DNA of 26,915 bases, taken from positions 1 through 26,915 of the forward strand of contig JAWAEV010000008.1 in assembly GCA_038891095.1 (NCBI GenBank). Direction: 5' to 3'. Positions 5,195-15,154 of this stretch are shown here, piece after piece. Under the pieces are notes generated by a model that was not told the origin of the DNA, did not search any database, and saw only the letters and a program-made list of their open reading frames with translations. The stretch's first letter is position 1; every line of letters begins with the position of its first letter. Made by a program: the position numbers and the translations under genes. The DNA is from Candidatus Altiarchaeota archaeon. Its GTDB lineage: Archaea > Altiarchaeota > Altiarchaeia > IMC4 > QMZM01.

Positions 5195-7150
5195 ATGAAA
5201 AGTAAGAATAGGAAGTTCTTCTCAACTATAATTTTCCTTATAATTTTTATATCAATTTTATCTTCAGTTGTTAGTGAACAGCGAAATCCATGTAGTGCTC
5301 CATATGAGTGTAAATCTATTGATGAATGTGCTAATTCTGGAGGATTCTGTGAATCTTCCGCAGGAAGTTGTCTTTCCCCAAATCAATGTTGTTGTAGACC
5401 AAAAGGTGTAGCTCCGGGTACTTCTGATACAAGCAAAAAGAGTGTTATAGAGCAAATTTCTGAAGAAGTAAAGAGATTTGGTTGTTTAATTTTTGGAATT
5501 TTATTCTATCTCTCAGCAGGAATTGCTGCTCTTTTCATTTTATTTGCAGGAATTAAGTATATTACATCAGAAAGTGAATCTGAAAGATGTGAAGCAAGAG
5601 ATAGAGTCTTTTTTGGATTAATTGGATTGATTGTTGTCATTATAGCAATTCCCTTAGTGAATTATTTTATTCCAGTAGTTAATAGCGCTCTTTCACTTTA
5701 TTCCAAAGATCTAAAAATCCCAGAAGTTAACTGCCCTAATTTGCCTTTTGGAGGTAAACCAACTGTATCAGGAACAAAATTGCCAACTGCTAAAGCAACT
5801 TCAGCTATGGATATAATTTCGATCATTGAAAGAATTATTTGTGGTTTTCTTTCACTTGGAATTTATATTTCATCTGGTTTAGCTGCTTTGGTTATGGTAT
5901 ATGCTGGTGCGAAATATATAGCTTCAGCAGACAATCCTGAAGAGAGAGAAAAAGCTAAGAGCATAGGAGCACATGCAGTTATTGGCTTGATTATAGTTCT
6001 AATTGCTTTACCATTAGCTAATTTCTTTGCACCATATGTGTTAGACTGCGGGAAATATTCAGCACAAGGTCCAGTTGTTGCTAAAACATGCAAAGATGCT
6101 GGCGGAATTTGCAAAAACAATCAAAATGCTTGTGAATGCGTAGTTAACAATGAAAGAGTTCGCGGGCAATATTGTATTGCAGCAAAAGGTCAATATGAGG
6201 ATTGTGAAGCTCCAAGATGTTGTTGTATTTGTCCTACAGAAGGTAAAAAAGGTTGCAAAAATCCAGATGAAGAAGAAGGCACACTCTTATGCAGTGATAA
6301 TACGATTTTTGAATGTAAGAATGGTGAATGGATTAAAAAAACCATTAGTAGAGTTTGCCATAATGGAGATGTAGCTGAATGTAAAAATAACAACTGGGAG
6401 ATCAAAGATTGTGGCGATAAAATTTGTGATGAAAAGACTTTTGAATGCGCTGAGAAAGCTAAAGAGTGTACTAAGGATGAAGAATGTTGTATTTCATATC
6501 CAGGATTTAGAGTTAGATGCATTAACAATGTTTGTGATCCATGCACTTCTGCTGCAACAGATTGTTATAATTGCGAAACAATAAAAGAGCAGGAATGTGA
6601 TGAAACCAAAGAGAAAACTAAATGTGAAAATGATTTTGTTTTTCAATGTAGAGATGGAAAATGGATACAATCACCAGAGAAGTGCCCTATTGGTTGCGAC
6701 TCTGAAGGTAAGAAATGTAAGGAAGAATGTTCTCCAGGAGAGAAAAAATGTGAAAACTCAAAATTGTATGATTGCCCTAGTGGTTTCTGGAGAGAAATTG
6801 AAGAATGTAGTGAAGGCTGTGATGAAAATGGAAAAGAGTGTAAAAAAGTATCAACAACTGAAAAATGCTCTATAACAGTAAAAATTGTTGATAGCGCAGG
6901 AAATCCAAAAGAAGCTGAGCTTTATTGGAGAAAAGAAGGTGATTTAGGAGTTAATAAAGTTGGTGGTTATATGTCCTATTTCACAAGTTATAAATTTAAA
7001 AATTTGAAACCAAATGTTTATTACGAGATAATAGCAAATATGGATAATCTTGTTTATGGTTATTACTATGGAAAAATAGTAGAGTCATGTAATGCAGGCG
7101 AAGAAAAAACTGTTGATTTAGTGGTAGTACCAAAGGAAGGTATATTATAA
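5195..7150 (+). CDS. Secreted/membrane protein with two TrbC/VirB2-type pilin-like domains, Cys-rich repeats and a C-terminal beta-sandwich
   Basis: N-terminal signal peptide. Two hairpin TM units (AGIKYITS..ERCEARDRVFFGLIGLIVVIIAIPLVNYF and AGAKYIAS..EREKAKSIGAHAVIGLIIVLIALPLANFF) match the VirB2/TrbC pilin pattern. Numerous Cys-rich modules follow. Confidence 0.75.
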   Translation: MKSKNRKFFSTIIFLIIFISILSSVVSEQRNPCSAPYECKSIDECANSGGFCESSAGSCLSPNQCCCRPKGVAPGTSDTSKKSVIEQISEEVKRFGCLIFGILFYLSAGIAALFILFAGIKYITSESESERCEARDRVFFGLIGLIVVIIAIPLVNYFIPVVNSALSLYSKDLKIPEVNCPNLPFGGKPTVSGTKLPTAKATSAMDIISIIERIICGFLSLGIYISSGLAALVMVYAGAKYIASADNPEEREKAKSIGAHAVIGLIIVLIALPLANFFAPYVLDCGKYSAQGPVVAKTCKDAGGICKNNQNACECVVNNERVRGQYCIAAKGQYEDCEAPRCCCICPTEGKKGCKNPDEEEGTLLCSDNTIFECKNGEWIKKTISRVCHNGDVAECKNNNWEIKDCGDKICDEKTFECAEKAKECTKDEECCISYPGFRVRCINNVCDPCTSAATDCYNCETIKEQECDETKEKTKCENDFVFQCRDGKWIQSPEKCPIGCDSEGKKCKEECSPGEKKCENSKLYDCPSGFWREIEECSEGCDENGKECKKVSTTEKCSITVKIVDSAGNPKEAELYWRKEGDLGVNKVGGYMSYFTSYKFKNLKPNVYYEIIANMDNLVYGYYYGKIVESCNAGEEKTVDLVVVPKEGIL

Positions 7151-7417
7151 TCAGAATTTTCTTCTATCTGGAAATGATAGAGTGTCATCACCTCTTATAT
7201 CCTCTATAATCCTTCCTTTGTAAAGTTCTTCAAGTTTTTTCTTTATTTTTGAGAGATTTTTTCCTTGCTTTAGAAGTTTCTTGAATTCTTTATAAAGACT
7301 CTGAAGTTCTTCATCATTAGGATATCTTTTGGAAAATTTTTCAAATTCTTCTCTGAGCTCATCTTTGTTTTTCCATCTGTCTAATATCTCCTTTATAACG
7401 AAATGGTCCGCAATCAT
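7151..7417 (-). CDS. Hypothetical charged helical protein (88 aa), last gene of the ATPase operon
   Basis: The ATG at 7417 lies 1 nt after the atpD stop, so it is preferred over the track's 7483 start, which overlaps atpD. Confidence 0.7.
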   Translation of the reverse strand: MIADHFVIKEILDRWKNKDELREEFEKFSKRYPNDEELQSLYKEFKKLLKQGKNLSKIKKKLEELYKGRIIEDIRGDDTLSFPDRRKF

Positions 7418-7418
7418 T

Positions 7419-8045
7419 TTACTTAAATTTTTTACTTTTAACTCTTTTAAGCATGAAAAAATTCTCTCTTTCAAGTTCCTCAAGTCTGCTCTGGATGTAT
7501 TTTTTTGTGTTAAGAAGTTTTGGTATCATTATATATTCTAAAGCATTAACTCTTCTTTTTGTTAATTTTATCTCCTCTCCAAGTCTTTTCATTGTTTCAT
7601 CATATTCAGCTAATTTTACTAATGTAGGAAAAATTTCTTCAAAATCGCGCTTTGCTTCATCTAACTTAGATGATGTGAAAACTGTCTCATAACCAGAAAC
7701 TCTTTCAAGCTTATTAAAATCTATCTTCGGAATTTCAACACCAAATATATTGCTCTTACTTATTAAAATTTCACCTTTTTTTGGTGTTGAATATGCAATT
7801 TCCTTAACATTATCTGATTGCATAATTGCTTTTGCAATTATAATATTTTTATATGCCCTTGCTAATTTTTCTGCTAAACCTCTCCTGCTTTCTTTTGATT
7901 TTTCTATTATTTTGAAAAATTCCATGACTAAGGAATCTCTTTTTTCTTTCAGCAGTTTATGTCCTTTTGTTGCTAACTTTATTCTTTCCTTAATTTCAAG
8001 CAAATCCATCCGCGTTGGATGAACTCCCTCGACAATTTCTGCCAT
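7419..8045 (-). CDS. atpD: A/V-type ATP synthase subunit D
   Basis: PTRMDL, GHKLLKEKRDSL, TKRRVNALEY, LEELERENF. Confidence 0.97.
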   Translation of the reverse strand: MAEIVEGVHPTRMDLLEIKERIKLATKGHKLLKEKRDSLVMEFFKIIEKSKESRRGLAEKLARAYKNIIIAKAIMQSDNVKEIAYSTPKKGEILISKSNIFGVEIPKIDFNKLERVSGYETVFTSSKLDEAKRDFEEIFPTLVKLAEYDETMKRLGEEIKLTKRRVNALEYIMIPKLLNTKKYIQSRLEELERENFFMLKRVKSKKFK

Positions 8046-8053
8046 TTTTTAAA

Positions 8054-9433
8054 TTACTTCTTTTTGTATTTTGGATGATACTTCTCAATAAATTCTCTCC
8101 TTATTCTCTTTAGTTCTCTTTCATCAAGTATTGAAAGTAAGTCCCAGCCTATATCAAGGGTTTCTTCTATGCTTCTGTCTTCATCACTCCTTTGATTTAT
8201 AAATTCTCTCTCAAATCTTGTTGAAAATTCTAAGAATTTTTTATCACGAGATGTTAGTGCTTCTTCACCAACAACAGCGACAAGATCTCTCAAATCACGA
8301 CCTTCAGCATATGCAGCATATAGTTGATTTGAAACCTCTGCATGATCTTCTCTTGTTCTGCCTTTACCTATGCCTCTGCTCATTAACCTTGAAAGACAAG
8401 GTAAGACATCTATTGGTGGATAAATCCCTTCCCTATGTAGACTACTTGTCAGAACAATTTGTCCTTCTGTTATATAACCAGTAAGATCTGGTATTGGATG
8501 TGTTATATCATTATCAGGCATTGTAAGAATTGGTATCTGTGTTATTGTGCCTTTTTTGCCATGAATTCTACCTGCTCTTTCATAAATTGTTGAAAGGTCA
8601 GTATAAAGATAACCTGGATAACCTCTTCTTCCAGGAACTTCTTCTCTTGCTGAAGAAATTTCTCTTAGAGCTTCGCAATAGTTTGTCATGTCAGTTAGGA
8701 TAACAAGAACATTCATGCCTTCTTTAAAAGCTAAATACTCAGCAGTTGTTAATGCAATTCTTGGAGTTATAATTCTCTCTATTGTTGGATCATCAGCAAG
8801 ATTTAAGAACATTACAATTCTTTCTAACGCTTCTGTTTTTTCGAAATCTTCTCTAAAAAATTGAGCTTCACTTGTTGTTATCCCCATTGCTGCGAATACA
8901 ACAGCAAATTCTTCTTCTTTGCCAAGAACTTTTGCCTGTCTTGCAATTTGAGCAGCAACTTCATTGTGTGGTAAACCTGCACCAGAAAAAATTGGCAATT
9001 TTTGTCCTCTAACTAAAGTATTCATTCCATCAATAGCAGAGATTCCTGTTTGTATAAATTCTCTTGGATATTCCCTTGCTGTTGGATTTATTGGGCTACC
9101 CTCAATATTAATTCTCTCTTTTGAAATTATTGGGCCTAAATTATCTCTTGGCATACCCGCACCATCAAAAATTCTTCCAAGCATGTCTGTTGAAACGCCA
9201 ATCTTCATTGTTTCACCAATAAACCTAACCCTTGTTTTTTCTATATCTAAACCAGAAGTGCCACCAAAGACTTGAACTACTGCCTTTGAAAGCATTGCAT
9301 CAAGAACTTGACCCAATTTCCTCTCCCCAGAAGAGGTTTCAATTTCAACAACTTCACCATATCTAACATTTGAAACTTTATCAACAATCATTAAAGGCCC
9401 TGAAACCTCAACGATACTTTTGTATTCCTGCAT
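8054..9433 (-). CDS. atpB: A/V-type ATP synthase subunit B
   Basis: [47 protein letters not shown]. The ATG at 9433 follows an AGGTGA Shine-Dalgarno; GTG 9442 is an alternative start. Confidence 0.98.
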   Translation of the reverse strand: MQEYKSIVEVSGPLMIVDKVSNVRYGEVVEIETSSGERKLGQVLDAMLSKAVVQVFGGTSGLDIEKTRVRFIGETMKIGVSTDMLGRIFDGAGMPRDNLGPIISKERINIEGSPINPTAREYPREFIQTGISAIDGMNTLVRGQKLPIFSGAGLPHNEVAAQIARQAKVLGKEEEFAVVFAAMGITTSEAQFFREDFEKTEALERIVMFLNLADDPTIERIITPRIALTTAEYLAFKEGMNVLVILTDMTNYCEALREISSAREEVPGRRGYPGYLYTDLSTIYERAGRIHGKKGTITQIPILTMPDNDITHPIPDLTGYITEGQIVLTSSLHREGIYPPIDVLPCLSRLMSRGIGKGRTREDHAEVSNQLYAAYAEGRDLRDLVAVVGEEALTSRDKKFLEFSTRFEREFINQRSDEDRSIEETLDIGWDLLSILDERELKRIRREFIEKYHPKYKKK

Positions 9434-9445
9434 TTCTCTCACCTT

Positions 9446-11194
9446 TTAGCTTTTAGAAATTAATTCTTTTTCAATTTTTTTCATTATCTCATTTGAGTAA
9501 TTATCAAATTTGTCATCAGGAATAAATTTCATCCTTGCTATATCATCAATAACACTAACTTGAGTTATTTTTTCAATTTCCATGCCATGTGATAAAGAAC
9601 TTATTGCCCTATCATAAAAAGCAATTATAATTTTTAGCATTAGATATTGCTTTTTCAATGAGCAATATGTGTCAACCTCATGAAAAGCATTTTGCTGTAG
9701 AAAATCTTCTCTTAGCATTCTTGCTGCTGTTAAAACAATTTTTTCTATATCTGGGAGAGCATCTGGGCCAACTAATTGCACTATCTCTCTGAGAGATGCC
9801 TCCTTCTGCAATAAGCTCATTGCTCTTTCTCTAAGTTTTATAAATTCTTTTGATACATTTTTTTCAAAGTAATTATCTAACTTTTTTGTGTATAGTGAAT
9901 AGGAGGTAAGCCAATTTATTGCTGGAAAATGCCTTCTATCTGCTAATTTTGCATCTAATGCCCAGAAAACTCTCGTAACCCTCAGAGTATTTTGAGTTAC
10001 TGGTTCTGAAAAATCACCTCCAGGAGGAGATACTGCTCCTATCGTAGAAATTGACCCGTACCTTTCTTCCGAACTTAAGCATAGAACTCTGCCAGAACGC
10101 TCATAAAATTCAGCAATTTTTGATGCTAAATATGCAGGATAACCTTCTTCGCCTGGCATCTCTTCTAATCTTCCGGAAATTTCTCTAAGTGCTTCTGCCC
10201 ATCTTGAAGATGAGTCAACCATCAAAGCTGTGTCATAGCCCATATCTCTATAGTATTCAGCAAGTGTTATTCCTGTATAGACAGATGCCTCTCTTGCAGC
10301 AACAGGCATATTGGATGTGTTAGCAATTAAGCATGTCCTTTCCATTAAAGGTAGATTATGCTTTGGATCAGTAAGTTTAGGAAATTCTTCTAAAACCTCG
10401 GTCATTTCATTTCCACGCTCACCACAACCAACATAGATGATAACATCAGCATCAACCCATTTTGCAAGTTGATGCTGAGAAACAGTTTTTCCAGTTCCAA
10501 AACCGCCAGGAATTGCAGCAGTTCCTCCTTTTGCTAATGGAAAGAAAGTATCAAAAACTCTTTGACCGGTGATAAGTAAAGTATCCAAGGGTAATTTCTC
10601 TTTAAATGGTCTTGGTTTTCTTACAGGCCAAATTTGCATTGAAGTTATTTCATGTTCTTTTTTATCTTTTCCTTTTACGATACATAAAGGCTCAGTGACA
10701 TTAAAATTACCATCATAAATTTCTTGAACAACGCCTGAAATTCCGTAAGGTATCATAACTTTATTTTTTATTATTTTAGTCTCTTTAATTTCACCTATAA
10801 TATCTCCTGATGCAACTTCCTGCCCTTTTTTAACTTTTGGGATAAAATCCCATTTCTTCTTTTTGTCAATTGGAGAAATTGAAATGCCCCTTGTTATGAA
10901 ATCGCCTGCTTTATTCTTTATAAGCTCTAATGGTCTTTGAATTCCATCATAGATTGATGTCAAAATTCCAGGTCCTAACTCAACAGATAAAAGCTTGGAT
11001 GTTAACTCAACTGGCTCATTTGGTTTTAAGCCAGTTGTGTCTTCATAAACCTGGATTGAAGCTATATCACCAACAATTTTATTAATCTCACCAATTAGAC
11101 CTTCTTCACCAACTTTCACAACTTCATGCATCATCGCTCCTCTCATGCCATCAGCTTCAACTAATGGTCCAGCAATTCTAATTATTCGAGCCAT
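9446..11194 (-). CDS. atpA: A/V-type ATP synthase catalytic subunit A
   Basis: P-loop [44 protein letters not shown]; 582 aa with no intein. Confidence 0.98.
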   Translation of the reverse strand: MARIIRIAGPLVEADGMRGAMMHEVVKVGEEGLIGEINKIVGDIASIQVYEDTTGLKPNEPVELTSKLLSVELGPGILTSIYDGIQRPLELIKNKAGDFITRGISISPIDKKKKWDFIPKVKKGQEVASGDIIGEIKETKIIKNKVMIPYGISGVVQEIYDGNFNVTEPLCIVKGKDKKEHEITSMQIWPVRKPRPFKEKLPLDTLLITGQRVFDTFFPLAKGGTAAIPGGFGTGKTVSQHQLAKWVDADVIIYVGCGERGNEMTEVLEEFPKLTDPKHNLPLMERTCLIANTSNMPVAAREASVYTGITLAEYYRDMGYDTALMVDSSSRWAEALREISGRLEEMPGEEGYPAYLASKIAEFYERSGRVLCLSSEERYGSISTIGAVSPPGGDFSEPVTQNTLRVTRVFWALDAKLADRRHFPAINWLTSYSLYTKKLDNYFEKNVSKEFIKLRERAMSLLQKEASLREIVQLVGPDALPDIEKIVLTAARMLREDFLQQNAFHEVDTYCSLKKQYLMLKIIIAFYDRAISSLSHGMEIEKITQVSVIDDIARMKFIPDDKFDNYSNEIMKKIEKELISKS

Positions 11195-11195
11195 T

Positions 11196-11483
11196 TTACT
11201 TTTTTATACTAAAACCAATTACCTCTTTAATTAATTGATTAACAAATTCTTCACCTGTGCCGCTTCTATCAGGAATTTCAACTATCATTTTTCCTACTTT
11301 TTCCAATTTTTCTATATCTTTTTTAGCATATTTTGCAAGTTCTTGAGTTATTAAAATTATCTTAGCAACTTTTGCAACCTCTTGCAGTACAGAGCTTACA
11401 TTCTCTTTTGTTGCTAAATGTGTATTTTTAAACCCAGCAAGTTGCATTCCTTCGACTGTTAATTCATCACCTATCAAGTGCAT
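11196..11483 (-). CDS. atpF: A/V-type ATP synthase subunit F
   Basis: [25 protein letters not shown]; position immediately before atpA. Confidence 0.93.
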   Translation of the reverse strand: MHLIGDELTVEGMQLAGFKNTHLATKENVSSVLQEVAKVAKIILITQELAKYAKKDIEKLEKVGKMIVEIPDRSGTGEEFVNQLIKEVIGFSIKK

Positions 11484-11501
11484 TTTAAAAAATTTAATAA
11501 A

Positions 11502-12041
11502 TTATTTGAATAATATTTTCACTATTTCTGGCTCTAATCTAACTCTTAACTGCTCAATTAATTTTGAAAGTGTGCGCTCAATTCTTAAATGACCTTCCTT
11601 GCTTTCAATTACAATTCCAAAGTCTCCAATTTCTGAAGTTTTTGCGTCCCTTAGAAGAGAAGCATATTTTTTGTCAATTAGGATTATTGAATTTGGAAAT
11701 TTATCTCTATCCTTAGCTAAATTTTCAAGTATTTTTCTCTTTTCCTCATCATTCATCTCTAAAATTTTTTCTTTTGCTTTTTGGAAGACTCTCTCTAAAA
11801 TTTCAGCCTTTTTCAACGCTATTTTGTTCTTTTTCATCATTCTTGCATTGGATATTAACCTCCTTATTTCTATTTCAAGCTCTTTTTTCTTTTTTAATTT
11901 TGTCTGCTGATATTGCTCGGTAGAGATTTTTTCTATATCCTCTCTAAGTTTACTCAAAGCTTTTTCTCCTTCTTCCTCAATTTTTTTTATTTCCAACTCA
12001 GCTTTTTTTTCAATTTCCTTTTCTATTTCTTTTAGGCCCAT
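11502..12041 (-). CDS. atpE: A/V-type ATP synthase subunit E
   Basis: MGLKEIEKEI N-terminal coiled coil, GIVIESKEG..IERT and EIVKILF C-terminus; operon position. Confidence 0.88.
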   Translation of the reverse strand: MGLKEIEKEIEKKAELEIKKIEEEGEKALSKLREDIEKISTEQYQQTKLKKKKELEIEIRRLISNARMMKKNKIALKKAEILERVFQKAKEKILEMNDEEKRKILENLAKDRDKFPNSIILIDKKYASLLRDAKTSEIGDFGIVIESKEGHLRIERTLSKLIEQLRVRLEPEIVKILFK

Positions 12042-12042
12042 T

Positions 12043-12357
12043 TTAAAATTTTGAAATTTCCTCTATAATTCTATTTATTGCGATATCAAAATTCTTTTCT
12101 GCAGTTTCTTCGATTTTTTTTATTTCATCAGAAATGCTCCTTTTTATTTTTTCTGCTTCCTTCTCAGCAATTTCTTTTTCCTTTTCAAATTCTTTCATTG
12201 CATCTTTTTCAGCCTTAGAAATTTTTTCTTCAATAATTTTTTGTTTTTTGTTTGATAGCTCATTAATTTTTTCCTCATATTCCTTTCTCTTTTTTTCTAT
12301 TTTCCTTTCAGCTTCCTCTTCAACCTTTTTTATATGTGCTATTTCATCCATTTTCAT
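12043..12357 (-). CDS. atpH: A/V-type ATP synthase peripheral stalk subunit H (G)
   Basis: 104-aa charged coiled coil (IKKVEEEAE...AEKNFDIAINRII); first atp gene after secD. Confidence 0.8.
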   Translation of the reverse strand: MKMDEIAHIKKVEEEAERKIEKKRKEYEEKINELSNKKQKIIEEKISKAEKDAMKEFEKEKEIAEKEAEKIKRSISDEIKKIEETAEKNFDIAINRIIEEISKF

Positions 12358-12360
12358 AAA

Positions 12361-13935
12361 TTATTTTTCTAACAATTCTCTGATTATTTGTGCATATGCT
12401 GGACGAGTTATGAAGATTCCTATAAAAATTCCAAGTATAGTTGTAAATGCAAAACCACGAAGTTCTTGAATTGTGAATAAAGGTAGCATAACTACTACAA
12501 CTGTAGAAGCAGCAGTAAAAATAATGAAGAAAGCCTTTTTTATTCTTTCTAAAATGCTAACAATCTTTCTTTCTCTTTCTTCTCTTAGAGTTTCGTCTGT
12601 TATGACAATTTGGTCATCAACTCCTGTACCAACAGCTGCGATAATACCAGCAATTGCTGATAGGTCAATTTCCCAACCTAACTTTCCACCAACTGGGATT
12701 ATTGTGGAAAGTCCTAATGTCATTATTATCTCACTTATAGCAACACATATTATTGGCGTTACAATAAACAACTTTCTATATTTTAAAAATATTATAAATG
12801 CAACCAAGAAACATGATAAAATTCCTATAAGAAAACTGTAGTATAAAAAAGTGCTGCCTACCGCAGGAGATATCTCTGACTTTTTTGCTATTTCAACTTT
12901 TTCAGGAAGATTCCCTGAGTTAAGTAAAATTTGGTTTCTTTTAACTTCTGCTCTTGCTTCTTCTATTGTGTTAGCAGTTCCTGTTAATTGTGCGGAATAT
13001 TTACATTCACTACATGGATTGCAGTTCAACTTTGGTGAAGATTTTAGATTTATTAAGTATTTCACCCAAGTTTCATCATCCATAGCTTCATCCTTTGGTT
13101 TTCTTTCAACTGAGATATTATTCTCTTGAAGTAAATTCTCGATGCTTTCAGAAATTTGTTTCTCATCACCCGCAATTATTGCCTTTGATTTATTTAATTT
13201 TAAAATTTCTTTAATGTTGATGCTTCCATTATTGGCAATTACTATTGGCACCACTGCTCTTTTTTCAATTAGATCTGTAAGTGCATCTCCATAGCTATCT
13301 CTCTTCTCTCTTAAAATTTCAAATGTTGAATTTTGCATTAGTATAAAGGCATCCTCTGGTCTGTCAAGGAACATATCAATTGGTCTACCAATTTTCCCTG
13401 AAGCAACACTACAAAATCTTTCACCTCCTTTAATAGAATTTCTAATTGCAACGAACCATTCTGGTGGTTGTGAGCGGGAGATTCCACTGCCTTGCGGACT
13501 TAAATCAACTCCTAATTCATCTCCAGTAATAGCAAGTTGTCCATCAACTCTTGCTTCAAATTTTGCTTGTCTTTTTATAACATCTTCAATCTGTTTAATA
13601 TCTTGAGCAGAAGCATTAACCACTTCTATTAGAATGTACCTATCCATGAGAGGCAGAATTCTCATATCTTTTAGACCTAAACCATTAAGTCTATCTTGAA
13701 GAATTTGCCTCTCAATATTCATAACATCTTGACTAACAGGTTTCTCAAGTTTTAGTGTTAATCTTATGCCGCCTGAAAAGTCCATGCCATAGTCAATTCC
13801 ATTTCCAAAGCCAATTCCTCGGCCACTATTAACCGGAATAATGTTCATAAGAAGAAGAAAGGCTATAAATGCAAGTAAAAGCCATAGAGCAACTCTCCAA
13901 TTTCTTAAAATTTTTGATAGCTTCTCTCTATTCAT
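12361..13935 (-). CDS. secD: Protein translocase subunit SecD
   Basis: GMDFSGG, RLNGLGLKD, LNSGNLP, SEISPAVG, IAGIIAAVGTGVDDQIVITDE, LRGFAFTT, ITRPAY. Confidence 0.96.
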   Translation of the reverse strand: MNREKLSKILRNWRVALWLLLAFIAFLLLMNIIPVNSGRGIGFGNGIDYGMDFSGGIRLTLKLEKPVSQDVMNIERQILQDRLNGLGLKDMRILPLMDRYILIEVVNASAQDIKQIEDVIKRQAKFEARVDGQLAITGDELGVDLSPQGSGISRSQPPEWFVAIRNSIKGGERFCSVASGKIGRPIDMFLDRPEDAFILMQNSTFEILREKRDSYGDALTDLIEKRAVVPIVIANNGSINIKEILKLNKSKAIIAGDEKQISESIENLLQENNISVERKPKDEAMDDETWVKYLINLKSSPKLNCNPCSECKYSAQLTGTANTIEEARAEVKRNQILLNSGNLPEKVEIAKKSEISPAVGSTFLYYSFLIGILSCFLVAFIIFLKYRKLFIVTPIICVAISEIIMTLGLSTIIPVGGKLGWEIDLSAIAGIIAAVGTGVDDQIVITDETLREERERKIVSILERIKKAFFIIFTAASTVVVVMLPLFTIQELRGFAFTTILGIFIGIFITRPAYAQIIRELLEK

Positions 13936-15062
13936 TTTTTCTTAAATATTGAAAATTTTCCTCCTTTCTCTTCAAGATACCATTTAATTATTCCTGTACA
14001 TGTAAGCCATGTTGATCCAATATCTGCTATCAAACCTAAGAAAAGCACTGATGCTATTGTATTTAATTTTGCTATTTGGGTTACACCCACAGAATGAACT
14101 ATTACCATTGAGAAAAGAATTATTACTACCATAACAATTAGCGTTGTTATTGTCATTGTCATTCCTGTCGAAAAAGTATTGTCAATTCTCTCGTTGACAT
14201 CACCAACTTTTGTTTTCATAATTCTTGCTGTTAAAAGAATGTTTGTATCAACACAATAACCAATTAAAGTTATTAAAGCAACTAATGATGCAGGTTCAAA
14301 TTGTATGTTGAAAATTGACATTCCAGCTAAAGCAATGGCAACATCAATAAATCCGCTTATTATAATAGCAAACGATGCAACAATATCTCTGAAAGCGATA
14401 AATACTACTAGCATCATAAGTAAAGTTGCTATAATGAAGACCCTTATTGACTGATTCCAGAAATCTTTTCCGAGCAAAGGATCGAAATCATCAACAATCA
14501 AATTTCTCTCCCTGAGATCAATTGTAAATTCTGATGAGTTTGTATAGTATTTTACAGCACTTGAAATTTCTTCTTTATTCAAATCAAAACCACTAAATTT
14601 TAAAGTTGAGTCCTCATAAGAAATTTCTGCCTTTCCAGAAAATCTTTTCTTTAAATTTTCCTCACTCTTTTCATTTAATTTCACTGGAATTTTTACAATT
14701 GCTATATCTCTATCAAGAAATTCCTCGTTGACTAATGGTTTTAGCAAATCTTTAACTTCAGTTTCATTTAGAAGTGTTGTTGTAACTATTGTCACTCGTT
14801 CTTTTTTTGTTTCTATATCTGTTCCTGTGCTAACTCTTAGGTCTTTAAGTCCTTTAGCAGAAAGTTCCTTTTCTAAAAGCTTTATATCAATATCCTTAGA
14901 CAAAAGCAAATCTATCCATGTGCCGCCTTGAAAATCTATACTTAACTGCACTCCATTGATGGAAACTACTACAAGTGAGAGAATAGCAACAATAATTGGC
15001 AGAAATATCAAAATTTTATAAGATATTCTACTTGTGAGCCTGCTATATGCCCTATCAAACAT
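13932..15062 (-). CDS. secF: Protein translocase subunit SecF
   Basis: SIDFQGGT, PLLGKDFW, LIGYCVDTNILLTARI; 6 TM; ATGA overlap with secD. Confidence 0.93.
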   Translation of the reverse strand: MFDRAYSRLTSRISYKILIFLPIIVAILSLVVVSINGVQLSIDFQGGTWIDLLLSKDIDIKLLEKELSAKGLKDLRVSTGTDIETKKERVTIVTTTLLNETEVKDLLKPLVNEEFLDRDIAIVKIPVKLNEKSEENLKKRFSGKAEISYEDSTLKFSGFDLNKEEISSAVKYYTNSSEFTIDLRERNLIVDDFDPLLGKDFWNQSIRVFIIATLLMMLVVFIAFRDIVASFAIIISGFIDVAIALAGMSIFNIQFEPASLVALITLIGYCVDTNILLTARIMKTKVGDVNERIDNTFSTGMTMTITTLIVMVVIILFSMVIVHSVGVTQIAKLNTIASVLFLGLIADIGSTWLTCTGIIKWYLEEKGGKFSIFKKK

Positions 15063-15154
15063 TTTATCTCTTTATCTCAGGTAAAATTAAATGAAATTAA
15101 ATTATTAAATTTAAGAGTAATAAATTAAGAAAGTAATAAATTAAAGCTATAAAA

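Noticed and set aside
3058-7150. Integrated mobile element downstream of tRNA-Thr
   Set aside because: No integrase and no duplicated tRNA 3' end (att site) were seen in the window.
9446-11194. Intein in atpA
   Set aside because: The length (582 aa) is normal and the P-loop and GCGERGNE regions are uninterrupted.
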